Assembly: GCF_006345805.1 (NCBI RefSeq)
Contig: NC_042998.1
Span: 60,698,001 to 60,762,000 of the forward strand
Length of the DNA stretch: 64,000 bases
Reading direction: 5' to 3'
DNA from: Octopus sinensis
Lineage: Eukaryota
A program made the translations under genes and the position numbers. Of this stretch, positions 38,481-51,065 are shown in pieces. Under the pieces are notes generated by a model. The model saw nothing but the letters and a program-made list of their open reading frames with translations. It was not told the DNA's origin and searched no databases. How positions within the stretch are numbered: the stretch's first letter is position 1; each line of letters opens with the position of its first letter.

Positions 38481-39547
38481 CTACATTTATCATTTGCAAG
38501 TCAGTATATTCATTGTTGTTATGAGTTACTTAAGTGAAGTACTGAGACAGAATGATTGCTACTAAATATAGAAATGAATGCTTCATAAAAATTACTTTTA
38601 GCTCCATTGAGTAAATGGCTGAACTCAGTACTGAAAGCTAACAGTTAGGTTGTTAATTTTATAATGACATTACTGTTTAGAGCAATTAGTTATTCAAACC
38701 ACTGTGGTACATAATACCAATTAGATGGACTGAGAGTTAAGCATCTTGGTCTTGGACACAGTGAAATGCTGCTGACAGAATATGAACTTCTAGCTTCTGG
38801 GCCAGTTGGAAAATACTCTTTAAACTTGATAATCTCTGTATCTTAGGAGTAATTAATTATGAACAAATTATTAATACAATTAGTTTCTCTCATTAGATGA
38901 CTAAGTCAACTACATGTCTTTTAATGAAAAAAAAATAATGTATCCATCAATGGGTTATCATATCTACTGATAAAACCAGTAAAAGCTTGGGTCTTCTATT
39001 CAGGCTACCAGCAGGAGGAATTGAAATCAGTAGTTTGAGTTAACAAGGAAATCTCTACATAGATGTTCAATTGGTTGGAAATAGCAGTCACCTCTTTACT
39101 CTCAAATCATCTCATCTTATGAAAAACAACCCTGAAAAAATAACCAAGAATGTATTGGACATTACATCTGAATAAAAAATGGGTCGCAACGAGAAAGCTT
39201 TTCACCATGGGTCTGCTCACTCAGAGATGGTTGGAGCTAAACAACAACAAACCACTTACCAGTTTTACCATATTGCAACAGCCTACCATAGTGGATTGCT
39301 TATACCCTTCAGTACCTACTTATATCCAGACAGACTGAACTATTCAAAACTTAACTGTTTCTACTGCAATGGACACTATGCAGTACCAGTGACAAACTGC
39401 TGAACTTTTTATTGGAGATTCCTTAGACTATTAACTTGGTTTTCCAATTTGTTTTGTGCAAGTGAGAGATGTCAACCATCACATATACACAATAGTTTTT
39501 TTTTTATTAGTTTACCAGCAAGGGGAAAATAAATAAAAATTACTCAC

Positions 39548-39595
39548 AGTTTCAGTCAAATAGAGTTGGTCATCCGGCTTCACTAATGTTTTACT
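39548..39595 (-). CDS. DNAI1: DNAI1-like exon 4: SKTLVKPDDQLYLTET, phase 0-0
   Basis: ttttggcag| acceptor, |GTGAGT donor; matches the DNAI1 motif SK..V.P.DQL.LT. Confidence 0.9.
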
Positions 39596-39859
39596 CTGCC
39601 AAAATATAACCACAAATAGGACATTGAGTGTAATTATTATTGCCCTTATGTACAGTTAAACAAGATACAGCAAGCAGAAAACTATGGGGAATGGAATGCT
39701 GAAACAGTGTATGCTGAATTTATAAGGGACACCATTAAAAATATATTCTGAAGCTTCTTTAACTTTTTGAGGTTATCCCTGATAAATATTGAATAAGCGT
39801 ATTATTGTCATTTATTAAGTTTTCTGTCTGTTTTTCTATGCCAGCATGAGTTAGACAGG

Positions 39860-40077
<218 letters not shown>

Positions 40078-40259
40078 CTGAGGCATGGTTTTACAGCAGG
40101 ATGCCCCTACCTTCTTTTCATGTAAGGACTTTTCATTCCATTTGTCTTCAAAAATGCAAAGCTCACAAGGGTTTTGTTGATAGGGAATGTCAAAAAATAT
40201 CACTGTTTGTAGCTCAGTGATTTTTCATACAAAGCATAGAATGTAAATGCTTCCCCACA

Positions 40260-40832
40260 CATACACACAAAAATACATACATACATACATACATACATAC
40301 ATACATACATACATACATACATACATACATACATACATACATACATACATAATGCATGCATGCATAACTACCTACCTACCTACTTATCAAATACATACAT
40401 ATAGAAACACACACATGCATACATACATACACACATACATACAGACAGACACACACATACATACATAAACACATACATACACACATGCACACATACACAC
40501 ACATGCATACATACATACATACATACATACATACATCATACATAAATACATACATACATACATACATACATACATACATACATACATACATACATACATA
40601 CACACATACATACATACAGACACACACATACATACACATATGCACACATACATACATACACACACACATACATACATACATACATACATACATACATACA
40701 TACATACACACACACATATATACATACAGACACACACACATACATATACACATACATACACACATGCACACATACATACATACATACATACATACATACA
40801 TACATACATACATACATACATACATACATACA
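40260..40832. repeat. Long interrupted (CATA)n/(CA)n microsatellite
   Basis: Direct inspection; source of ORFs 40247-40934. Confidence 0.95.
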
Positions 40833-41315
40833 TTAATCAAAGTACAAGCTCCAATGTCAGCTTTGGCATGGTTGACATTTGAGCATATCCTGCCAAAACA
40901 TGCAACCCACGCCAGCATAGAAAACAGATGTTAGATGATATACACACACACAAAACAGTTTCTGTCCACTAAATTCATCCACAAAATGTTGGTCAGCCAG
41001 AAGATGCAGTAGAAGGCACTTGCCTGAGTTGCCATGCTGTGGGACTGAACTCAAAGCCATGTAATTAAGAAGCAAACTTCCTTAACGACATCTAAGTATT
41101 TATTTAAATCCATCTACATCTGTCTATCTATCAATAATAAAGTTGAATTTCAATATTGATTTCTACACAATATGACATATATTTAAATTCATGCTCTAGT
41201 TGCAATGATATAAGATAGCTATGGGTGTAAATAGAGCAAAAGACATGAAATAATAGAATTAGTATAGATTTTTGTTGACACTCATCCTGAAAATAAGTCC
41301 TGGTAAGTGTATGCA

Positions 41316-41350
<35 letters not shown>

Positions 41351-41739
41351 AAGAAGAAGAAGAAGAAGAAGAAGAAGAAGAAGAAGAAGAAGAAGACTTG
41401 TTTCATAATGTTAAAGATTTTTAACTAAGACTCCAATTTCATTCCGTACTTAAGCATAACATTTGAACTTATTTTGTTATGTTGAAAGATTTCAGTTATC
41501 TCATTCAATAATTAACATTAAAAGGAATGTTAAATTTCATATTGTTTCTTTCTGTCATTCTATAGTTAAAGATTGCCGATATCTTAACACTCAAATGTCA
41601 TGACAAGATGCATAATATTATAGATGACATTAAATATTACTGGTGATAGTTTGAGACAGAAAATAACTTCACTGACAGGACTCAAACCATGCATTTTTCA
41701 CAAGCTGGGTAAAGGCATTAGTGATTGCAAAATAGAGTG

Positions 41740-41956
41740 TCTGCTTCTCTTTCTGTTGAAATACGCTGACTTTGATTCAATTAATTATTAAAACAATGAC
41801 AAATTTGCTAAAATAACCTTGTCATTATTAAACTGGTGTTTGCAGCATAAATTAGCACAAAATTTTGATTCCACATTTAAATTTAGATTACTTTAAGACA
41901 GGAATTTTGTATCATAGAACCAGTGACAGTCTCAGGTGGCTTGGCATCAAAAAGAA
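41740..41956 (-). mobile_element. piggyBac-type MITE, fourth copy (reverse, diverged)
   Basis: Shares cattattaaactggtgtttg..ataaattagcac and ttggcatcaaaa..ttaa with the 42273 copy; left boundary approximate. Confidence 0.6.
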
Positions 41957-42272
41957 TTAAATCTATTTTGCTGCTATTTTTAACAGTGCTGTTTTTGTCT
42001 CCACAAAATAATTGGCCAGTTACATTGCACTAACATAATAATATTATAACTATATTTTCAACTGCCCAATATAACAAAGTGCCCTATTTGATGTTATCAG
42101 CAGGAAATAATGCTGTGATGTAGTTTTTTAATGAGTTAACTACTAACATCTTTGGTGTAAAATTATATTGGATACACTACATTGTACTTGCAACTTCATC
42201 TTATCAAATTTATTCCCACTAGATAATTCAGTCATCACTTAGTACTTTTAGTAGAATAGACTTATCATTTAA

Positions 42273-42493
42273 CTGCTTTGTTGACATATTTCTTTTAAAA
42301 TATACTACATTTTATTTCAATTGATTCTGAAGATAATGAAGAATTTACTAAAATAAGTTTTTCATTATTAAACTGGTGTTTGGAATATAAATTAGCACGA
42401 AATTTTAATGAATAGTTTAATTTAGATCACTTTAATATAAGAAGTTTATATCACAGAGCCAAAGGTGGTCTTAAGCAGGTTGGCATCAAAAGG
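42273..42493 (-). mobile_element. piggyBac-type MITE, third copy (reverse, diverged), 221 bp between two TTAA
   Basis: TTAA at 42269-72 and 42494-97; reverse complement starts CCTTTTGATGCCAACC, like the 20504 copy. Confidence 0.7.
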
Positions 42494-42520
42494 TTAAAGA
42501 ATATATTGTATCATACTTAC

Positions 42521-42574
42521 ATGCATCCAGTCTTCTGTATCAGCATCCCCAGTTTCAGTTAAATCATCACCATC
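42521..42574 (-). CDS. DNAI1: DNAI1-like exon 3: DGDDLTETGDADTEDWMH, phase 0-0
   Basis: ttttgaag| acceptor, |GTAAGT donor. The acidic stretch ending in W-x-x matches the DEDSGTE...DEW segment of DNAI1. Confidence 0.8.
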
Positions 42575-45500
42575 CTTCAAAATATGAGAACAATTTAAAC
42601 ATTTTATAAAATTTCAAGGAACTGAAAATCTTTACGAAAGTAATTATGAAAACAAAAGACACAATTTCACGTGTAACTTAATGTAGCATGTAAGATCACA
42701 ATTAGCTGACTTAGCATTGTATTGAATATCCAATTAAAAGGCCAGTGTTTCATGCCCTGTCACTGGTACTTTATGGTGTTATTCAAGACATTTAGCTGTT
42801 AGCAATTGAACTTAACAAGTTGTAAGTTGGTTTAGATCAGCCTCAATAAAGTAAACCTGTAATCAAAGAGGTTCCAGTCATGACTATCCTCATTTTTTTG
42901 AGACGTGTATTTACCTTGTCTCTGATTTTTTAAGGCATTAGGGTGTGATTAGATGGAAATTTGGCTGATATCCCTTGCAGATTGGAGCTAGTCTAAATCA
43001 AGATTACAAATGCATGTAGCGCTGTGGAACTAATGTGTTTTATTAGCAGCTTGCAGTGCTGAGTTTTATTCCAGCTATAGGAAAAGCTATTTCTAGAGAC
43101 TAGCATATTTGCCAAGAAAGATTTATCTCTCACCTGCTTTACATTATAGAAACTGGAGATTCATCAAATAGATTAGCTTTAAATTAACTAATATGGTGTT
43201 ACAAAGTAGACAGAAAGCTACTGTTAAAACAAATCAATAAAATGAGCCAACTCAAAAGGATTTATGAAGTTAATCAACCTGCTAGAAATAACAGCTAAAT
43301 CTTTCTTCAGCTCCACCCCTACATTTTTTTCAAAAAGGGAATGAAACGTTGGATAATATTGTCATACATACACAATGCTCAATAAGTCAAAAGGATGGTC
43401 ATAGCTAGGATACCTTTAATCAGATTAGTGGGCTTCTCTATGAGGGGTTAAACCATAAGAAGAAGTCTGCAAAATGATCCCAGTTTTTAATTTTGTTTTT
43501 TAATGATTTTGTTAAATGAGGAAGCACTGCACCTATAACCATTTCTATGGTCTACAAGACTATGAGAATAAAAGGAGAATTATTCTCAGACCAGGGGCCT
43601 GGGACAAATGTTTGCACTTGAAAGGACTTTATACAAAGCACCCAGCAATCATGTGCTTGGGCTAAACTATGTAATGGATTGAGTTGAAACTATTTCATTT
43701 TGCTTATATTTTTAATGCCCTTCATTAAGGCATGGAGCTGGCAGAATTGTTATCTCACTGAACAAAATGCTTAGCAGCATTTTTCCAACTTTACATTCTG
43801 AGTTTAAATTTTGCTGAGGTTGACTTTGCCTTTCCTTTTTGGCGAGGTTTATAAATTAGAACTAGTTGAGCATGGGTCAATGTAATTGACTAACTACCTC
43901 TCCCAAAATTTCAGACCTTGTGCCTTTAGCAGAAAGATTTCTTAATGGCTTTAGTAGAAAGTATGGTCACTTCAGCTCTGATTGTCTACTTGCTCTGAAG
44001 TCATTAGAGCTGATCACCTGTTGGTGGATACTACAAATCATGAAATGTTAAGGCATTTGTTGCATACATTACGGAATAAAAGAAACAAAAGAAATACAAG
44101 AACTGGAATATGGCAGAGTTGTTAGAGTGTTAGATACAATGCATCGTAGTATTTATCCCAACTCTCTAAGCTCTGTATTCAAATGTCAAGATAAACTTTG
44201 CTTTTCCTCCTTTCAGAGTCATCATCATCATCATCATCGTCATTTAACACTTGTTTTCCATGCTGGCAAGGGTTGCCAGTCCAATATAGTGGATTGACAG
44301 ACCTGTTAAAAGGTAAAGCAAGATGGCTTGCAGTATCTCCTATGGCTCTTTGCATTCTACTAGCAATACCTTCAGTGATACTGGTGCTAAGCATAATTGG
44401 CCCAAGATAGTGGCCTTTTCCTTTGGATAAACATCAGTGCCATGGAGAGAGGGGAGTCTTGCACGTATGAGCAAGAGATAGACTTTCTCAAAGAAAAAAA
44501 AAATACCTTGCCTAGGCATACACATTCTTGTGCAAATAAAGGATCATATTGGTTGCAAATTTTGGAACAAGGCGAGAAATTTCAGAGAAGAGGTTTAGTC
44601 TATTACATCATCCCCAGTGCCCAACTTGTACTTGTCAATTCCAAAAGGATGAAAGGCAAAGTCGACTTCACAGGAATTTGAATTTTGAATATAAGAATGG
44701 ACAAAATGCCACTAAGCATTGAGTAAAAACTGTTCTAAGCATAATGATTTTGCTTATTAACACAAAGGAGTACAGTCAATTAAATGGCTATTACCAGTAT
44801 TGTTAATTACTAGTATTGTTTCATCAGCCTTATAAAGTGGAACATGAATAAATTGATAGAGTAGTATTCAAAATATTCTATGGTGTACAGTTTATGTCAC
44901 TCTATATTCTGAATACAAAACCAAAGTCAATTTTGTTTTCATCCTTCTGGGGTTGAGGAAAAGCAACATTCAAGAACTGAGGGTGATCAACTCAACTCTA
45001 CCCACAACTACAAATAAATTTGTAGCCCTGTGCCAATGTTTCCTAAGTGGAAACTGAGATTTTGTGGTTACTGTTGTAGCTCTGTTCATATAATAGGACA
45101 AATTATTCTAATTTCTCCATTTCAAAGAATATACGGAATTCGTTGTGTGAGACTTGGCGTCTGCCTATTGAACAGCTCAGTTGGCCATGTATAAGCTTCC
45201 TAGCTGTGTTAATTGATCCATGATTAAGTGGATATTAACATATTTAATGTAGCGATCCTATCTTCAAAATATAAAATATAAAATGAAAAAAAGAAAAAGT
45301 AGTGAAAAGAAGTATCATTAGCATTAAGAAACACAAGGGAAATAACTCTGGAATCCAAGTTCATTAAAAATTGAATAAGGTCTGCAGTGGGGAGCAAGTT
45401 GCTTTAATTGAGTATGCAGTTTAATAATCCACAATGATAAGAAATTCTCTTACACCAGAATGTATGTGTGTATGTTGATGAAGAGCTCCGCTCAAAATGT

Positions 45501-45602
45501 TAAACCCTCCTTCTTTCTTTCTTTCCTGAGCATCCCACAATACTATACTTGTTCCACGTCCTCGTGTTGTTGTGTTTTCTCTTAGTGTTTTCATGTTTGG
45601 AT

Positions 45603-45645
<43 letters not shown>

Positions 45646-45677
45646 GTATGTATGTATGTATGTATGTGTGTATATAT

Positions 45678-45713
<36 letters not shown>

Positions 45714-45887
45714 CCTACAGATATATATATATACATATTTTATGGATGTCATGAAATCCAACTGGTTTTCACTAATTAAATTAGCTTTTCAGTGGACATT
45801 GTGAAGTAATCAATTCTTGTGACAAAGGAGTCTTGCCATTTTGGATGCTTGAAAAGTAAGAATGAGTCTAGAGAGTGGACAAATATA

Positions 45888-45920
<33 letters not shown>

Positions 45921-45925
<5 letters not shown>

Positions 45926-46232
45926 GAAATGAAGAAAATGCTGACAAAATAATTTAAGTAATTTAAGTAATTTAATTAGGTGAAAGTTCTTTTTACCGGT
46001 TGCGCATTTGTTATGCTTATCAAAAGATATTTTTTTAAGAGAGATAGAGTACCTTTCTGATAGATTTTTTCCTCTTATCTGATAAGAGGAAAAAATCTAT
46101 CAGAAAGGAACTCTATCTCTCTTAAAAAAATATCTTTTGATAAGCATAACAAATGCGCAACCGGTAAAAAGAACTTTCACCTAATTAAATTACATAAATT
46201 ATTTTGTCAGCATTTTCTTCATTTCCTTTTTT
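45921..46232. repeat. ~310-bp near-perfect palindrome with a 1-nt loop (46080), TA-flanked
   Basis: Arms differ only by one 8-nt slippage unit and about 2 substitutions; (TA)n on the left, short TATAT on the right. Confidence 0.92.
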
Positions 46233-46268
46233 ATATATCACAACTCGTGTTCCACATCTCCTTTTTTA

Positions 46269-46299
<31 letters not shown>

Positions 46300-46343
46300 C
46301 TACACACACACAAACACATATATATATGCATTTTCAAACCTTC

Positions 46344-46416
<73 letters not shown>

Positions 46417-46420
46417 TGTA

Positions 46421-46703
46421 GGCGCAATGGCCTAGTGGTTAGGGCAGCGGACTCGCGGTCACAGGATCGCGGTTTCAATTCCCAGACCGGGCGTTGTGAG
46501 TGTTTATTGAGCGAAAACACCTAAAAGCTCCACGAGGCTCCGGCAGGGGGTGGTGATCCCTGCTGTACTCTTTCTCTCACTCTTTCTTCTGTTGGCCTGC
46601 TCGCTTAGCCAGTGGGGTGGCGTCATTCGAAGGTTAAAACAATGTGAACGCATTGTGACCAGCGATGTGTGACAACATCTGATGGTCTGGTCGGTCACGT
46701 GAT

Positions 46704-46710
<7 letters not shown>
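46421..46710 (+). mobile_element. tRNA-derived SINE (family A)
   Basis: A-box TGGCCTAGTGG and B-box GGTTTCAATTCCC head followed by a non-tRNA body; related copies at 63239-63537 (-) and 16520-16806 (-). Confidence 0.8.
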
Positions 46711-46744
<34 letters not shown>

Positions 46745-47105
46745 GGTGCCCCAGCATGGCCGCAGCTCATTAGCTGAAACTGGAAAAATCAAAATCAAAA
46801 TCAATCATATATATATACATACAAAAGGGTAAAGGGTGAAAGTTATAGATATAGATATATTTATATATGTATTAATATATATAAAACAGTTATAAACAAT
46901 AGCAATAACAAACTATAACAACAACAATAATAACAACAGTTATGATACCTTTGTTGATCCAGCTTGTTTGGAAACACTTAATCTCCGTTTTGATATACCT
47001 TTTGTTAGTATCACCGATGATGGCTGTTAGTAATATTAGTAAGGAAAAATATGTTATTTGCATAGCAAATGTCGAAGTATATTTGATGATGATGATGATG
47101 ATGAC

Positions 47106-47136
<31 letters not shown>

Positions 47137-47926
47137 TTGATGATTACCATGATGACCACTGTTATGCTGATTACTAGACTACAGATAAAAACATATTCTT
47201 AATGCAAGACTTTAACCTTTTTGCATTGAAACTGGTTATATATAGCCAAAATATTCCAATTGCTTTATGTTCAAACTTAGCAGATTCAATCTCTCATACC
47301 TACCCTACAATTATATCATTGTAAAAATAAACAATCACCTCACTGAAATCCAGAAGCTACGAGATTAATGTGTAGTTAATTCTAAACAATGTGAATAAGT
47401 AAGTATTACATTTGACAGAGTAACCTGAAAGCTAATGAGTTGAGACATAAAAAAAAACTACATGAATTAGATTTTTTTCCAAATTTTCCATGTCCATTTT
47501 TGTCATAATTGATAGATTTTAATGAAACTGTTGTGTTTTGTTCTCAAAAGCTCGATGACCTTCCTACTTCTAAAACTTCAACCATAAAGTGTGAGGGAAA
47601 CTATTCTGGTTATCAACCAAACTGAGGGAAACAGAGTTATGTGCTTTACTTAGGACTACAAACACAATAACTGCTATTATAAGATATGAACTTATAATGA
47701 TATGAACAATAAAACCCAGGACTTTAACCTTGTAACTATTGTGACCCTCATAATTGGTTCCATTCTATATGCTTCTCATTATTAATTTTTCTAATGTTTG
47801 TTTAATTAAGAAGCTCGCTTTGCTACCATAAGATTTCAGGTTCAGGCAAGTGTTTCTCCTACTACAGCCCCAGGCCAACCAATGCCTTGCAAGTGAATTT
47901 GGTAGATGGGACCTGTGGAAGTCTGT

Positions 47927-47969
<43 letters not shown>

Positions 47970-50029
47970 TGTGTGTGTGTGCGTGTGTTTGTGTGTGTGT
48001 GTGTCTTTACGCCTGTGTTTGTTTTCTTCCCTGCCATACACACACCACTTGACAACTAATATTGGCTTGCTTATGTTCTCATAATGAAGCAGTTTGACAA
48101 AAGAGACCAATAGAATAAGCATCAGACTTAAAACTTAAGTACTGGGGTTGATTTGTTCAACTAAAATCCCTTCAAGGCAATGCCCCAGCATGGCTACAGT
48201 CCAGTGATTGAAACAAGTGAAAGATAAAGAATAAAAATAGCATTTCATTCGTTGTATAGTCAGGATAATCATTTAAACAATACATATACCATTACATTGT
48301 CTTTGTTTTAGTTGTCGATAGTCCTTAACACTACTTGTGTCAAAAACTGTTGTTAAACCTCCACAACTTGATCACTGACACAATTAGTAAACTGTAAACA
48401 ATACTATCAAGAAATCACAAAAGAAGACAAGTTAACATTGTATGTTAACATTATATGTGTATGTTTTAAATGGTGTGGGTGATTCTTTCACATTGAAATT
48501 AATTCAGTTTCAACGCATGAACTCATTGAAGGTATGTGGCTTTGAGGTTAGGTTTTAGGCTTACAATTTGCTAGTTCATGAGTTTAATTCTTGGGTTTGG
48601 CTAAGCATTGTATCTTTGAGCAAGATTCTTTATTTTGTATTGCTTCAGTGCTCACAGCTGAAAATGGCACAGTCGCATTGAGTGGCTTTAACTCTGATAG
48701 ACAGACATCCATTTCAATGGCGGAATCTTGTTCTCTCAGGATAAATGCTTTGAAAATCCTGATAAGCTCCAGCCACTTAAGCCTTTAGGCTTGAGGTAAA
48801 TGCAGTCTCAGGTCAAGGCAATTGCTTACAAGCACCACTCCAAAACATAATTCATGATTCTTTCAGTAGAAGAGGCACAGAGTTTCACTAATTGATTTTA
48901 TCTTAGTATATTGCTGAATGTGTATGGTTTAGTGGTTAGGGGTTTTCAGCTCACAATCACAAGGACATGAGTTTAATTTCAGGAGTATATTGTGTTCTTA
49001 AGTAAGACACTTTATTTCACATTGCTCCAGTCCACTCAGCTGGTAAAAATGAGTAATACCTGTAATTCAAAGGACCAGCCTTTTGACTTCTTTTGTCATG
49101 CTGAATCTCCCTGAGAACTATGTTAAGTGTATGAGTGTCCATGGAGTGCTCAACCACTTGCACATTAATTCCATGAGCAGATTATTCTGCTAATCAGATC
49201 AACTGGAACCCTTATCGTTGGAACCAGCTTATATTGCTTGTTTAGTGTTAAAATCCATATACATATTAATATTGATATCCTTTCTAATTTTTAGCACACG
49301 ACCTACAGTTTTGAGGGGAGTGGGAAGTTAACAACATTGGTCCCAGTAACTTGACTGGAATTTATTTTATCAATCCTGAAAGATGAAAACCAAAATAAGC
49401 CTCAGTGGGATTTGAACTCAGGCCGTAAAGAGAAAACATCCATATTAAAGTAGAAGCATGGATGTCATCATTATTATCATCGTTTTATATACTCTCTCTC
49501 TCTGCTGATATGGGTTGGACAGGTTTTCTGAGGTAGTATTTTACTGTCATCAACTCTTTTAGTCACCTCTTATAATATGCAGGACATTATGTAGTTATTT
49601 GGAAACCAGGATATGTGCAGTGTTACAGAAGCATGGATTTGCATGTTGTTTACCATTCATCTATGTGGTACAAATGGAATCTGTTTTATTAGGTCATAAC
49701 TATTTGCTTTATCTGGTGAAGGGAAAAAACAATGGGTGGAGTAATATTGTTTGAACTTATAAATCATATTGTTACTTAATCTCATACCCAACATGAGACT
49801 AACATTCAATTTATTGATATGTGAAGGGATACTAAAGCAGACTTAATAGGACTTGAACACAGAAACATGAAGGAACTGATGTTCCCTCAAAGTTCAGTTC
49901 TCCACTACATTGGACAAGTTCCTTAACCCCTTGGGGATCAATGGGGTGCTGCAGCCATGCAGCATATCTTTGGTGAGAAAACCTGGTGGAGCCTATCATT
50001 CTCCAGGTTAAATTCATTTTTACCAGATG

Positions 50030-50310
50030 ACTGGAGTGGAGCAATGCGAAATGAAATGTTTTGCTCAAGAACACAACAGATCGCCTGATCCAGGAATTGA
50101 AACTACAATCTTATGGTTGTGAATCCAACACCCTAACTACTAAGCAACGTGCCTCCACTAGTGATACTCATTTCTACAGCTGAGTGAACTGGAGTAAGAT
50201 GAAATGAAAAGTTTTGCCCAAGAACACAACGCATTGCCCGGTCCAGGAAACGAAACCACAATCTTATGATCATGAGTCCAACACCCTAACCACTAAGCCA
50301 TGCACCTCCA
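50030..50310 (-). mobile_element. Two tandem copies of tRNA-headed SINE family E
   Basis: gactggag..atg.aa..gttttgc.caagaacacaac..ccaacaccctaac.actaagc repeated twice; related copies at 14830-14960, 26720-26845, 36790-36920, 48920-49030. Confidence 0.7.
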
Positions 50311-50666
50311 CATGTTCTCTACAATACTGATTGCTAACAGATAATAGTGTGGTATTTTTGATTATATTAACTGAGAATTTGACTGGTATTGATTTTATCA
50401 ATAGCTTTGTATGAAGAAACACAAAAGTCAGTCTAGTAGGATTTGAAAACAAAATGACCAAGGTTATAACTAAATGCAACAAAAGACATTTTGTTCCATA
50501 CTGGTCATCAGTTTGCAGTTAATATGAAGCATATATAACAGACTCATTAATGTCAGACAAACATACTATGTGGTATTTAGTTATAACTATTTAGTTTCTA
50601 AGTTCAAATCTTGGCAAGATCATCTTTTATCCTTCCAGGTGATAGGTCAATAAAATAAAGTACTAG

Positions 50667-51065
50667 GCACAGGAGTGGCTGTAGTAAGTAGATTGCTTAA
50701 CAACCACATGTTTCCTGGCTCATTTTGACTGCGTGACACCTTGGGCAAGTGTCTTCTACTATATCCTCGGGCCGATCAAAGCCTTGTGAGTGGATTTGGT
50801 AGACGGAAACTGAAAGAAGCCCATCGTATATATGTATATATATGTGTGTGTGTGTGTGTGTATTTATGTGTTTGTGTTCGTCCCTTCAGCATCACTTGGC
50901 AACCGATGGTGGTATGTTTACATCCCCGTAACTTAGCAGTTCGGCAAAAGAGACTGATAGAATAAGTACTAGGCTTATAAAGAATAAGTCCTGGGGTCGA
51001 TTTGCTCGACTAAAGGCGGTACTCCAGCATGGCCACAGTCAAATGACTGAAACAAGTAAAAGAGT
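50667..51065 (+). mobile_element. SINE family C (tRNA-like head, internal TA/TG microsatellite), full length
   Basis: caggagtggctg..gggcaagtgtcttctactata..gtaacttagc.gttcggcaaaagagac..gactgaaacaagtaaaagagt; partial copies at 4640-5275, 12680-12830, 17865-18000, 23050-23360, 32340-32632. Confidence 0.85.

Noticed and set aside
46421-46495. tRNA-like sequence with A and B boxes (also 63465-63537, 16735-16806)
   Set aside because: It continues into a shared SINE body and has no proper cloverleaf or Pol III terminator, so it is a SINE head rather than a tRNA gene.
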